From Candidatus Heimdallarchaeum aukensis (lineage in GTDB: Archaea; Asgardarchaeota; Heimdallarchaeia; Heimdallarchaeales; Heimdallarchaeaceae), in contig CP084166.1 in assembly GCA_021513695.1 (NCBI GenBank), forward strand, positions 352,001 to 416,000: a stretch of DNA of 64,000 nt, read 5' to 3'. The notes under the pieces are model-generated. The model had not been told where the DNA came from. It was given only the letters and a program-made list of their open reading frames with translations, and did no database searches. Of the stretch, positions 10,343 to 19,955 are shown piece after piece. Every line of letters begins with the position of its first letter. Position 1 is the stretch's first letter. Both the position numbers and the translations under genes were made by a program.

Positions 10343-12343
10343 TTAGATTTTTTCATTTATCCAAATTTGCATCTCTGTTTTTCCTCTGTTTTCCCACAAA
10401 AAGTAAGGTGTCGCAATTATTTTTTCTCCAGATTGGTTTCTTGTTTCAATTATTTTTATATTACCAAAGTTTGGAAATAGAAAATCTTTAACTTCTATCT
10501 GTGAAGTATCTATTGTTTCAAAAGGAATCTTGGAATTAGGATTGTCGATTTTTTCAAAACAATAAACTAATGGACCATAACTCAAAGCTATTTTTCTTCT
10601 ATTTTCTTTTATTTTCTTATGTGAATAAAGTTTGGTTACATTCATTTGAAATTCTAAGTCTATTTCTGTTTTGTTAGAAAAGTTATCTTCAAGGGTAACA
10701 TATTCTGAAAGAAGAGGGTTGTATCCTGAAGCGGTAGTAATAGTTTCACTATTAGTTTGGTGATTAAATTCTTTGTTTTGACCATTAATACTAATCTTCA
10801 TTTTTTTTGTCCAAGAAGGAAAGCGAAAATGTAATTTAGAAAGTTTATAATTTGATTTTTTAAAATTGATAAACAACTTTACCTTTCCTTCCCAAGGAAA
10901 ATAAGAAACAAGAGAAAGATTGATTTCTTGGCCAATTTTTGAGCTGTTACTTATGTATTGATGTATCCATAATTCTGATTCTTTCATAGAGTAAATATAA
11001 TCTCCAACTTTAGCAATTGTTCTTGAATAGTTGGAAGGGCAACAAGCAGTTCGATACCAGTTTTGTCTTTCATAATTGCCATTTGAAATCATTGGATTGT
11101 AATAAAAATACTTTGTTCCATCGATTGAGGATGAAACTAAAATTGCATTGTATAATTGCCATTCAATCAAATCAGAATAACATGCTTTTCCAGTTAATTT
11201 TAACAACTCATTAGACCAGAAAACACTTCCAATGGCAGCACAAGTTTCACAATAGGCATATTTTTGAGGAAGTTCATAGGCTTTACCAAAACCTTCAAGC
11301 ATAGGTAGAGAACCTATTCCTCCTGTTGCATACATATATTTTGTAACCATTTCTTTCCAGATTCTCTCAAGTTGTTGTAGGTAAATTTTATTTTCTAATT
11401 CTTGTTGTAGTAGAGCAGCAGCTGTCATAAAATAAGTAAATCGCACACTATGACCTACAGGATGTTTCATTTTAAAAAAAGGTTTGTTATGTTGCATATA
11501 TTTACCTGTGAGAGCACTATAATAAAATCTAAATTTAAGAAAAGGAATATCATCAATTTTTAAGTCACTCATAACTTTTTTTTCATATTCCTTATTATGA
11601 GTTAATTTTTCTATCTGCTTGTTAACTTCTTTTGTTCGCTCTTCTACAGATAAAAATTCCTTTATCATTTGAATAAAGAATAGTTTTTTTCTTCCTCTGT
11701 TTTCAATAAATTTTTTAGCTAAATTTAGGTATCTCCTATCATTATTAACTCTAAATAACTTTATTAAAGCAATTTCAATTTCTTGATGCCCAGGAACTTC
11801 TATTTTTTTTGAATTAAAAAATTGGATATAGATCGCTTCAGCTAGTTTTTCAGCAATCTGGAGAAAAGTTTTTTCTCTTGTAGTTTGATAATGTTCAACT
11901 GCAGCTTCAATTAAATGTCCTGCAGTATATAGTTCGTGTTCAATTAAGAGATTCTTCCACTTTGTTTCAGGAAAGAAGAATTGATTGTATGTAAAAATAT
12001 ACCCATCTTCATCTTGAGCTTCTTGAAGGAGTTTAATATATAGATCTATTAATTCTTTTAATTTCGTGTTTTTTCTTGCTGAAGAGATCCTAATTGCAGC
12101 TTCTGACCACTTATGGGCGTCTGAGTCCCAGTAAGAAAGACCTTTTCTGTATCCCTCTTTGTTCTTTGCAATAATTCTGAAATTGTCAATACAACCACTT
12201 TTTTCTAACATTTTCCATTGGTGAAAAATAGCTTTTTCTGCATTGACATCCTGTTTATTTTTCCAAAAACCGTTGTTAATTTTAATTTGTGAATATGGAA
12301 TAGATATGAAAAAAATGTTAGGAGAATTAGTATTTTCGCTCAT
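10343..12343 (-). CDS. Glycoside hydrolase family 127-like (DUF1680 / beta-L-arabinofuranosidase-like) protein
   Basis: About 666 aa. N-terminal IPYSQIKINNGFWKNKQDVNAEKAIFHQWKMLEKSGCIDNFRIIAK resembles the DUF1680/GH127 N-terminus. Cys-rich C-terminal part (CETC, CCPSN). The start was moved to MSENT to avoid overlap with mtd. Assignment is from memory. Confidence 0.45.
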   Translation of the reverse strand: MSENTNSPNIFFISIPYSQIKINNGFWKNKQDVNAEKAIFHQWKMLEKSGCIDNFRIIAKNKEGYRKGLSYWDSDAHKWSEAAIRISSARKNTKLKELIDLYIKLLQEAQDEDGYIFTYNQFFFPETKWKNLLIEHELYTAGHLIEAAVEHYQTTREKTFLQIAEKLAEAIYIQFFNSKKIEVPGHQEIEIALIKLFRVNNDRRYLNLAKKFIENRGRKKLFFIQMIKEFLSVEERTKEVNKQIEKLTHNKEYEKKVMSDLKIDDIPFLKFRFYYSALTGKYMQHNKPFFKMKHPVGHSVRFTYFMTAAALLQQELENKIYLQQLERIWKEMVTKYMYATGGIGSLPMLEGFGKAYELPQKYAYCETCAAIGSVFWSNELLKLTGKACYSDLIEWQLYNAILVSSSIDGTKYFYYNPMISNGNYERQNWYRTACCPSNYSRTIAKVGDYIYSMKESELWIHQYISNSSKIGQEINLSLVSYFPWEGKVKLFINFKKSNYKLSKLHFRFPSWTKKMKISINGQNKEFNHQTNSETITTASGYNPLLSEYVTLEDNFSNKTEIDLEFQMNVTKLYSHKKIKENRRKIALSYGPLVYCFEKIDNPNSKIPFETIDTSQIEVKDFLFPNFGNIKIIETRNQSGEKIIATPYFLWENRGKTEMQIWINEKI

Positions 12344-12356
12344 TTTCTCCCCGATG

Positions 12357-13193
12357 TTATTTTGCTTCTTCAAAGAAGTTTTCTTTGTAAAGTCTTTTTC
12401 CATCTGCTTTATTATGTGGTTGCCTTACAAGCATATTTGTACTTTTTTCTAGTTCTCTTATCTCATCAGCAAGTAAACCAGCTTGTCTAACAATTTCATG
12501 TGCTGCTGCAAGGTATATTAATGATTTAGATTTATCTTTCTCTACATACAAACCTTTGATATCAAGTTTAGCTACTTTTGTTAACATTTCTAGAGCAGCG
12601 ACTGCTTTAGCTTTGGAGTAGTCGTTTTTGAAAGGATATGATTGAACAACTGTCATGCTTGATAGATTTCTTTTGGGTAACATCAGTTCTTTTCCTTCTT
12701 TTATTTGTTCAATTACATTATCTATTTCTTTGGTTATTAGTTCAAAAACACCAGCTGCACTAAGAACATTGATTACATAACCATTGAAAATTCCCATTTC
12801 TGTAGGATCTAGAAAATCTTTTTTTGCACCAATCATTGGATCAAAAGGAGCGATTAAATAACCTACACCTTCATTTCTCCATGATTCTCTTAGTTCTTTA
12901 TCAGCTTCGTCAGAGACAACAATGAGTGGATATTTTCCTTTTAATTCATTAACAAGCTTTTTGGGACCATCCAAATTAGCATTGGGAGAAACAACGACAA
13001 TTAAATCAGATTCTACATATTCTAGAAGTGAAAGGATTCGTTCTGCATCAGATGGAGAAAGCTTTGTAGAAGAGGATAAGACAGTTCCTTGAATGTCATC
13101 CCTACTTGCTCGTTCATCTAACATAATATCAACTAAAGTTGTTAGAGTAATATTTCCTATTTTTAAGAATGTGACCTTTACCATTTTTATCAC
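12357..13193 (-). CDS. mtd: F420-dependent methylenetetrahydromethanopterin dehydrogenase (Mtd) homolog
   Basis: 278 aa. Strong similarity over the full length to Mtd as I recall it: KIGNITLTTLVDIMLDERASR ... VVVSPNANLDGPKKL ... GYLIAPFDPMIGAKKDFLDPTEMGIFNGYVINVLSAAGVF ... ELEKSTNMLVRQPHNKADGK, against the Methanopyrus Mtd pattern (GNLGTSMMMDMLLDERADR ... PNPAAPGP ... FLDPVEM ... LAATGVF ... ELEKSND). Confidence 0.8.
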   Translation of the reverse strand: MIKMVKVTFLKIGNITLTTLVDIMLDERASRDDIQGTVLSSSTKLSPSDAERILSLLEYVESDLIVVVSPNANLDGPKKLVNELKGKYPLIVVSDEADKELRESWRNEGVGYLIAPFDPMIGAKKDFLDPTEMGIFNGYVINVLSAAGVFELITKEIDNVIEQIKEGKELMLPKRNLSSMTVVQSYPFKNDYSKAKAVAALEMLTKVAKLDIKGLYVEKDKSKSLIYLAAAHEIVRQAGLLADEIRELEKSTNMLVRQPHNKADGKRLYKENFFEEAK

Positions 13194-13290
13194 AAAGTGT
13201 CCTAAGCATTCTTATTAAAAAATCATTTTGTCAAATTTAAATAAATGAATAATTTTATAATGGTTAATATTTTTCAATCAATGTAGAAAG

Positions 13291-14040
13291 ATGAGAGATA
13301 AAGTACTAGTAGCAACTACTTCAGTCTTAATTATAGCATTTTCAATTTCATTGTTAAACATCTATGTCTTACCTGACATACGTTTTCAACTTAATGTTAA
13401 CAGAGAATACACTAATGACTCTCAATATGAAATTCTTCTAAATATGGAAAATATAGCTATTTCTTCTTCTTATTTTGAAGGTATAAACTTGAGCCACATA
13501 GTTTATGATATACCTGAACATTCTATTATGAATATTACTTACATGCTTGAACAAGTAAAAAAACATGAGTCTGCAGCTTATGATACTTTGAAGGATGTAT
13601 ATTTTGATACAAATGAAGTTATTCCTCAACCAAAACAAATCAAAATGTCATATAATGGTTCAATATCGTTTGTAACAAGTAATTCTACAAATTATATCAA
13701 AAAAATACTCTCTTTTTATAAAGAAGGAGGAAATAACGCAACTTATTTTGTTGTTCTAAACTCAAGTTCCTACATAACAAAATGTAATATTTCTGAAGTT
13801 GGATTAAGTCAGTTTGATATTTATGAATCAATTTTGCTACTAAACAATTTATTTGATGATGTGAATACAAAACCATTCTATGTTATTTATCAACATGTAT
13901 ATTATGAGGAAACAAGAGGTTTTCTACTTTCATATTCCACATCATTTACAAGAATGATTTTTCTGAATGTCTTTGGCGACTTACTTTATTTTATTACTAA
14001 CGAAGGATATTGGATAAAACCTCTAGATTTACTAATTTGA
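13291..14040 (+). CDS. Hypothetical membrane-anchored protein (N-terminal TM/signal, extracytoplasmic domain)
   Basis: 249-aa ORF. N-terminal hydrophobic segment VLVATTSVLIIAFSISLLNIYVL. No recognisable motif. Confidence 0.4.
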   Translation: MRDKVLVATTSVLIIAFSISLLNIYVLPDIRFQLNVNREYTNDSQYEILLNMENIAISSSYFEGINLSHIVYDIPEHSIMNITYMLEQVKKHESAAYDTLKDVYFDTNEVIPQPKQIKMSYNGSISFVTSNSTNYIKKILSFYKEGGNNATYFVVLNSSSYITKCNISEVGLSQFDIYESILLLNNLFDDVNTKPFYVIYQHVYYEETRGFLLSYSTSFTRMIFLNVFGDLLYFITNEGYWIKPLDLLI

Positions 14041-14098
14041 GTGTAAAATCAAGAATTTTTTGCAAAAAAAATATATACATTGATTACTAGTACATTTT

Positions 14099-14602
14099 AT
14101 GTCTCAAGAAATTAAACCAATGGGATTCAAAGTTCAACAAAAGATATTAGCTCTAGTTGCAACATATAATATCTATGATTTGGCAACAGATCAGCAAATA
14201 TTTCAAGCAAAAAGAAAAATGTTTTCATGGACACCAACAATTATAATAAAAGATATGGCAGAAAATGAAGTAGCAAAAATCGTTTCTAACTTCTTCTTCC
14301 AAAATAACTGGAAAATATACGCTCCAGACGGAGCATTGATAGGTGAAGTTAAGTTTCCTCTTATTCGTTTTTGTGGTATCAAATTTGATGTAATGCTGGC
14401 TGGAAACACATATACTGCTTCTGATATTTTTGGTTATTCATTCTCTGCTGTTGATGTTAATGGAAACTTAGGTTTTAAATTGGATAGAAAAGTATTTGCG
14501 ATAAGAGACACTTACAAAGTAGAAACCTATCCTCCTCTAGAACCTGTTTTTGCTTTAGCTGCTGCTTTAGCTATAGATTCAAAATACTTCCAAGGAAAAT
14601 AA
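14099..14602 (+). CDS. LURP-one-related / tubby C-terminal-like (DUF567, scramblase-fold) protein
   Basis: 167 aa. The beta-rich pattern F-x-V-x-Q-K ... Y-x-I-x-D ... K-x-K-x-F-S-W ... I-x-D ... G ... I resembles the LOR/tubby-like family. Assigned from memory. Confidence 0.45.
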   Translation: MSQEIKPMGFKVQQKILALVATYNIYDLATDQQIFQAKRKMFSWTPTIIIKDMAENEVAKIVSNFFFQNNWKIYAPDGALIGEVKFPLIRFCGIKFDVMLAGNTYTASDIFGYSFSAVDVNGNLGFKLDRKVFAIRDTYKVETYPPLEPVFALAAALAIDSKYFQGK

Positions 14603-14603
14603 A

Positions 14604-14636
14604 CGTTTTTTTCTTTTTTTTCTCTTTTTTTGGTAT
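14604..14636 (+). terminator. T-rich terminator-like tract
   Basis: acgtttttttcttttttttctctttttttgg directly after the stop codon of the LOR-like gene. Confidence 0.3.
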
Positions 14637-14676
14637 ATTCAATAAAAGTTAAAATATTAGATTTGAATCTCTTTTT

Positions 14677-15822
14677 GTGAGAGAAAAAATAGATGAGATT
14701 ATAGAGTTCTTAAAAAGTGAACTTGCAGAGGATTGCTCTTATTATTCTGGAAAAGTTTTTGGCAGTATGAGTAGTTATCCTGATGATGATGTAGTGAAAG
14801 TTTTCACTGAATTTATAGAAAAAAATGCTGGTGATGCAAATATCTTTGCTGGTACAGCTAAGATTGAAAACAAAGTAATTAACCTCTTAGGAACTTTTTT
14901 TAACAATCCTACAGCTGGTGGAAATTGTGTTAGTGGAGGAAGTGAAGCAAATGTAGTAGGGCTGTGGGCAGCAAGAAATTTTTTCAAAGAAAGGAAAAAC
15001 TTAGCTTTCCTCAATGGAGAATATGAAATAATTGCTCCTGAAACTAGACATACTTCAATTGCAAAAGCAGCTGATATATTGAATTTGAAATTAGTAGAAG
15101 TTCCTGTAAACAAAGATTTTGAAGTAGAAGCAAAAATTGTGGAAGAGAAAATATCTGAAAAAACTATTGCAATTGTGGGTATTGCAGGAAACACTGTTTA
15201 TGGAGCAATAGATAACATCGAAGATCTGTCTCTTATTGCATTAAATAATAATTGTTGGTTACATGTAGATGCAGCTTTTGGAGGGTTTGCAATACCTTTC
15301 TTAAAAAATCCACCAAGATTCGATTTTATTTTTGAAGGAGTAAAATCATTGGTAGCTGACCCTCATAAAAATTTAGGTAGCCCAATTCCAAATGGTTGTA
15401 TACTATTCAGAGACTTAGACCATTCAAAACATATTATTCATCACTTACCTTATTTTTCGGGGAAAAAAACTGAAAATCGAACAATTATAGGAACAAAATC
15501 AGGAGCTGCGATAATAGCTACTTATTATTTATTAAATTTTAAAGGGATTGATTGGTTAAAAAAACGAATGAAAAGTGCTTTTGAAAACAAAGATTACCTA
15601 AAACAAAGACTAGAAAAGTTAGGTTTTGAAATTTTTGGAAAAGCTCAACTGAACGTTCTTGCAGCTAAACCCCCTGATAGTATAAGAAAAAGAAGAAATG
15701 AGCTATTCAAAAAAGGTTGGAGAATAGGCAAATATGGAGATCTTTGGAGATTTGTTGTAATGCCTACTATAAGTAGAGAAAATATAAACGAATTAATATC
15801 TGTTTTAGAAGAAAATTGTTAG
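14677..15822 (+). CDS. mfnA: PLP-dependent L-tyrosine/L-aspartate decarboxylase MfnA (archaeal group II decarboxylase)
   Basis: 381 aa. Matches the MfnA pattern (GSMSSYPDD ... SGGSEANVVGLWAARN ... the PLP-lysine region HVDAAFGG...DPHKNLGSPIPNG). Confidence 0.8.
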   Translation: MREKIDEIIEFLKSELAEDCSYYSGKVFGSMSSYPDDDVVKVFTEFIEKNAGDANIFAGTAKIENKVINLLGTFFNNPTAGGNCVSGGSEANVVGLWAARNFFKERKNLAFLNGEYEIIAPETRHTSIAKAADILNLKLVEVPVNKDFEVEAKIVEEKISEKTIAIVGIAGNTVYGAIDNIEDLSLIALNNNCWLHVDAAFGGFAIPFLKNPPRFDFIFEGVKSLVADPHKNLGSPIPNGCILFRDLDHSKHIIHHLPYFSGKKTENRTIIGTKSGAAIIATYYLLNFKGIDWLKKRMKSAFENKDYLKQRLEKLGFEIFGKAQLNVLAAKPPDSIRKRRNELFKKGWRIGKYGDLWRFVVMPTISRENINELISVLEENC

Positions 15823-15891
15823 GCACTGAGATTAGGGTTTACAAATGTTATTCATTTGTAATAATTTTTTCCTCTTTCACATCATTTATAA

Positions 15892-17877
15892 ATGAAAAGT
15901 GACAAAGATATAATGGGGTGTTTCTGGATGAATAATAAGAAACTATCAGTATTATATATTATAACATTTTTAGTTGTTTCCATGGCTTTTGGAAACAATT
16001 ACGGAATAAATGTTCAATCTGAAACCAGTTTGAATTCTTATCAAGCACTTCAAGCAGGAGATACCCTGTTATATGAAGTTTATAACTGGTTTGAAGATGA
16101 ATACAATCATTTACTCTATTTAGAACAAGAAACTCCAGATGTTTTCTCAGATAAATCATATGACAATTTCTTCTTTGAACAGATTGAGCTTCACTCATTT
16201 GTAGTTACTGGAGCTGCTGATCCTACATACCTTACAGCAAATGAAACAATGTCATCATATCCAAAGACTAATTATAATTATCATGAATATTGGCACTACG
16301 ATTATAGTCAAAACAAATGGGTAAGTGATTGGGTAGATGAATATAGTTTTGAAGATCCTCCAAAGAGTGATGTATTTTTCGATATCAGTTTTGATGTATA
16401 TCAGGATACCTTGAACCTAGATTTAGGTTTTTGGTTTTATGAAGCAGTATATGTTGAAAATTACAATCAAACCTACATAATCAATGGTGTTCCATTTGAA
16501 ATAAATATTACTCACTACAGTGTTTATCATGAATATACTTCTTCTTGGGAAGACGGATTTTATGATCTTCCTCTGTATGTAGAGCAAAATAATACCAATC
16601 AAATTGATTATTACATTGACACTGATACAGGATTTTTGATCGAATATGAAGAGTTTAACACTTTTGAAGAAAAAAGATGGGTAGATGATTATAGCAGTGA
16701 ACTACAAACCCATGTAATATTAAATGATACATTGTACAATGAAAATTACTTTAATTGGAAATTGGTAGGAGCAAATTGTCAATATGCACCATTAGCAGAA
16801 GTAGATTTGCCTTATATAGTGAACTATTATGATGTTTCGTTTTTAACCATAGAAAATGATACAGACTATGTTGTATTACCTTTAGAGCTTTATACATCCT
16901 CCAATAATTTAACAGCAGAAATATCTCTTGTTAATTGGGACATGGATGGACCTAATGTTACATTGTATGACAGAGTAGAAAATCTAACAAATGGATATTG
17001 GGAATATTGGATACCAGTTACAGAGTTTGAATATGTTGGTCCATACTATTACTATGATGTTTTAGTAACTCTATATGATGGATACAATGTTTCACATAAT
17101 TCAACATGGCATATAGGACTACAAGACAATAGAGTAATCATACCTGATTGGCCATCTTGGTATGAAGGACCAGACTACATTGAAGTAGGAGAATGGGAGT
17201 TCTGGGATCAACCCTACGATGTTTATTCTGATACTTATTGGTTTGTTGATATTTACAGATATACAGATGACCCAATGTATCCAATGGAATTCATTGATCA
17301 CTGGGAAGGATATCAGAATGGAACATTTTGGCTACATCATCGTGAAGAACCTGAAGGAGAATATCAATATGAAATTGTATTCTGGGACCAAAGCGGTGCT
17401 TATATCAATATGACTGTTACAGTTAAAGTAGTTAGTGGTTCGACTTCTCCAGAAGATACCGATCCTCCTGTTATTACTGGTGAAGGGCCAGACATTTACA
17501 TCAAAGAAGGAGAAGATAAAACTCTAACTTATAAGATTACAGATGAAAACCCTGACCATGTTATGGTTAAGAGGAACGGTACTGTTATTATAGATGAAGA
17601 CATGACAAGTTCTCCATACTACATTGATATAGACCTCTCAACTTTAGGTGAAGGAACTTACATATTTAGTATTGATGCTTGGGATATTTATGACAATCAT
17701 AATATCTGGGACATTACTGTCTATGTTTCTTCCAGTTCTTCTGACACAAATGATACTTCACCCACAGATGATACTGGAACAAATACTTTCGATTTAGATG
17801 CTCCTAATGGATTAATTGTTGGTATAAGTCTATTTTCTGTTAGTGCTTTAGTAGTTTTACTAAAGAAAAAACGCTAA
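15892..17877 (+). CDS. Secreted, extremely acidic and aromatic-rich (D/E/Y/W) cell-surface protein with a C-terminal TM anchor
   Basis: 661 aa. Signal-like segment (LSVLYIITFLVVSMAFG). Very Tyr/Trp/Asp/Glu-rich. Ig-like segment (PPVITGEGPDIYIKEGEDKTLTYKITDENPDHVMVKRNGTV). Ser/Thr/Asp-rich stalk, then a hydrophobic helix plus KKKR. Confidence 0.55.
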   Translation: MKSDKDIMGCFWMNNKKLSVLYIITFLVVSMAFGNNYGINVQSETSLNSYQALQAGDTLLYEVYNWFEDEYNHLLYLEQETPDVFSDKSYDNFFFEQIELHSFVVTGAADPTYLTANETMSSYPKTNYNYHEYWHYDYSQNKWVSDWVDEYSFEDPPKSDVFFDISFDVYQDTLNLDLGFWFYEAVYVENYNQTYIINGVPFEINITHYSVYHEYTSSWEDGFYDLPLYVEQNNTNQIDYYIDTDTGFLIEYEEFNTFEEKRWVDDYSSELQTHVILNDTLYNENYFNWKLVGANCQYAPLAEVDLPYIVNYYDVSFLTIENDTDYVVLPLELYTSSNNLTAEISLVNWDMDGPNVTLYDRVENLTNGYWEYWIPVTEFEYVGPYYYYDVLVTLYDGYNVSHNSTWHIGLQDNRVIIPDWPSWYEGPDYIEVGEWEFWDQPYDVYSDTYWFVDIYRYTDDPMYPMEFIDHWEGYQNGTFWLHHREEPEGEYQYEIVFWDQSGAYINMTVTVKVVSGSTSPEDTDPPVITGEGPDIYIKEGEDKTLTYKITDENPDHVMVKRNGTVIIDEDMTSSPYYIDIDLSTLGEGTYIFSIDAWDIYDNHNIWDITVYVSSSSSDTNDTSPTDDTGTNTFDLDAPNGLIVGISLFSVSALVVLLKKKR

Positions 17878-17889
17878 TTTATTCCTTTT

Positions 17890-18954
17890 TTATTTTTTTA
17901 TTACCTTTTTTAATTGATCAAGAGTTAAAACTCCTTCACTAGTGATATAACCCTTTATTAGCTCTGCTGGAGTGATGTCAAAAGCATAATTTAATACTGG
18001 AGATTTTTCATTAGAAATAAGAATTCTTTTCTCCATTGATGTTACAAACTTTACTTCTTCTTCGTCTCTTTCTTCAATAACTATATCACTAGCTTTTCTT
18101 CCTGATAAGTCAATTGTGGACCACGGTAAAGCTACAAAGAAATCTATTCCAAAATATTTTGCTGAAATAGCTAAAGATAATGTACCTATTTTATTAGCAA
18201 TTGTCCCATCTTGTAAACATCTATCAGCTCCAACGATTATCTTATCAATTTCTCCTTTTGACATAAGAAAAGCTGCAGAATTATCAGTAATAATTGAATG
18301 TTCAATTCCTGCTTCATAAAGTTCCCAAGCAGTTATTCTAGCTCCTTGAAGTCTTGGACGAGTTTCATCTACAATCACTCTTACTTTTTTATTTTTGGAA
18401 TGAGCAACATAAATAGGTGCTAGAGCAGTGCCATAATCCACTGTGGCAGGAGCTCCTGCATTACAATGAGTTAAGATTGTATCTCCATTCTTAATTATTT
18501 TTTCTCCTTGTATTCCAATATTTTTACATTCATCTATTACTTTTTCTCTTAAAGAATGAGCTTTGTTCAAAACATTTTCTACTGATAAATTTGTATTTAT
18601 TGCTTCTTCTAGAATTATTCGTGCAAAATTTTCTAAATCTACTGCTGTAGGACGGGAAGAAATTAAAGTGCTGTAACTTGCTTTAAGAAATTCTATCTGT
18701 TTTTCTTGTCGCTTGAATTTACTTAATGCTTGAATTGCAGCAAATACCATACCATAAGCAGCAGTAACACCTATTGCTGGAGCTCCTCTGACTACCATGT
18801 TTTTAATAGCTTCGCTAACATCTTTCACACTATGGTATTCATTGAATTTTACATCCCAAGGTAATAACCTTTGATCTAGTAAGACCAATGAATTATTTTG
18901 ACTATTCCAAAAAACACTTGTCACATTTTTCAACTTTCTACTCTTTATCTGCAT
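17890..18954 (-). CDS. mtnA: eIF-2B alpha/beta/delta-like isomerase: methylthioribose-1-phosphate isomerase (MtnA) or ribose-1,5-bisphosphate isomerase
   Basis: N-terminal LLDQRLLPW ... VRGAPAIGVTAAYGM and the Rossmann-like C-terminal part are typical of the MtnA/e2b2 family. The start is probably the internal Met (MQIKSRK) rather than the track start at 18993. Confidence 0.75.
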   Translation of the reverse strand: MQIKSRKLKNVTSVFWNSQNNSLVLLDQRLLPWDVKFNEYHSVKDVSEAIKNMVVRGAPAIGVTAAYGMVFAAIQALSKFKRQEKQIEFLKASYSTLISSRPTAVDLENFARIILEEAINTNLSVENVLNKAHSLREKVIDECKNIGIQGEKIIKNGDTILTHCNAGAPATVDYGTALAPIYVAHSKNKKVRVIVDETRPRLQGARITAWELYEAGIEHSIITDNSAAFLMSKGEIDKIIVGADRCLQDGTIANKIGTLSLAISAKYFGIDFFVALPWSTIDLSGRKASDIVIEERDEEEVKFVTSMEKRILISNEKSPVLNYAFDITPAELIKGYITSEGVLTLDQLKKVIKK

Positions 18955-19005
18955 ACTTAGAAAAAAGAAAGAAAGCAATAAAAATCTATGCAAAAAAAAT
19001 CGGAA

Positions 19006-19869
19006 TTATTTTTCTCTTTCTTTAATATATTCTCTTAAAGCTTGAACTACGGGTAAAGAGTGAGTGTTTTTATTGTTTCCTAAATTTTTATAGGTTGAAT
19101 TCTTTATTAATTTGGCTATTTCTTTAGTTATTTTCGCATCATGCATTTTATCTGCTTCTGCAGCTATTAATAGAACTTCACTTTTTACATTAGCATAAGT
19201 ATCCCACCATTTAGGAAGAGCTAAAGGTTTGCCAAATTTTTTCCATTTTCTACCTTGAGCTTCATTTAAGACTCTGATATACTTTGCTGCTTGCTCTGGT
19301 GATTCAGATTTTGCTCTTTTAATCCAAATTTTAAGAAGAGGTTTTAAAACATTAAAACTCCAGAAAGGGACAATTGGCACAATATATCTCGTTAAAGGAG
19401 GTAAATCAAATCTTGCAGGAGGAGCAATCAAGACAGAAAATAATGGGTTATATTTGTTATTAGCTAATCCATGTGCAATTACAGTAGCACCAAAACAAGA
19501 GCCAAAAAGGATAGTTTTGTTTTGATCAAGTTCTTTAAGATTAATGATCTCTTTTAGATCATCACTCATTCTATCCATTCCTGTCTGAGACTTCTTTGGA
19601 ATGATACTAGACCCTTTTTCTCTGCTTTCTATGTATAAAACATTAAAGTCTTTACTGAGTTCCATTAAAACTTCATCCCAACCTAAGACTACAGAACCCC
19701 ATCCAGCAAAAAGAACTATATTGTAAGTTTTTTCTGTTTCATTGTCAACTTTAGTAGATAGAACTCTTAATTGGGCTCCGTCTGACATTGTTAGGTATTC
19801 TTCTGTTGCGAATTTCTCATATTCTGCTTGTTGTAGCTCCAGAAAATTTTTCACACTTTCAGCTGCCAT
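19006..19869 (-). CDS. Alpha/beta-hydrolase-fold protein with a Cys nucleophile (G-S-C-F-G elbow); paralog 1 of 3
   Basis: 287 aa. Nucleophile elbow FGSCFGATVIAHG. Candidate acid/His in EADKMHD and THSLP. Clear paralogy with 30349..31278 and 31445..32329 (shared Y-x-E-x-x-M-S-D-G-A-x-L N-terminus). Lies 50 nt upstream of mtnA on the same strand. Confidence 0.6.
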   Translation of the reverse strand: MAAESVKNFLELQQAEYEKFATEEYLTMSDGAQLRVLSTKVDNETEKTYNIVLFAGWGSVVLGWDEVLMELSKDFNVLYIESREKGSSIIPKKSQTGMDRMSDDLKEIINLKELDQNKTILFGSCFGATVIAHGLANNKYNPLFSVLIAPPARFDLPPLTRYIVPIVPFWSFNVLKPLLKIWIKRAKSESPEQAAKYIRVLNEAQGRKWKKFGKPLALPKWWDTYANVKSEVLLIAAEADKMHDAKITKEIAKLIKNSTYKNLGNNKNTHSLPVVQALREYIKEREK

Positions 19870-19955
19870 TGTTTTAAAAAAAAATAGCTTATTTAAAAAA
19901 GTAACTAAAATTCAAAAAAGAAATAAATAGGAAAAATGCAAGAAATAGTACTCGA

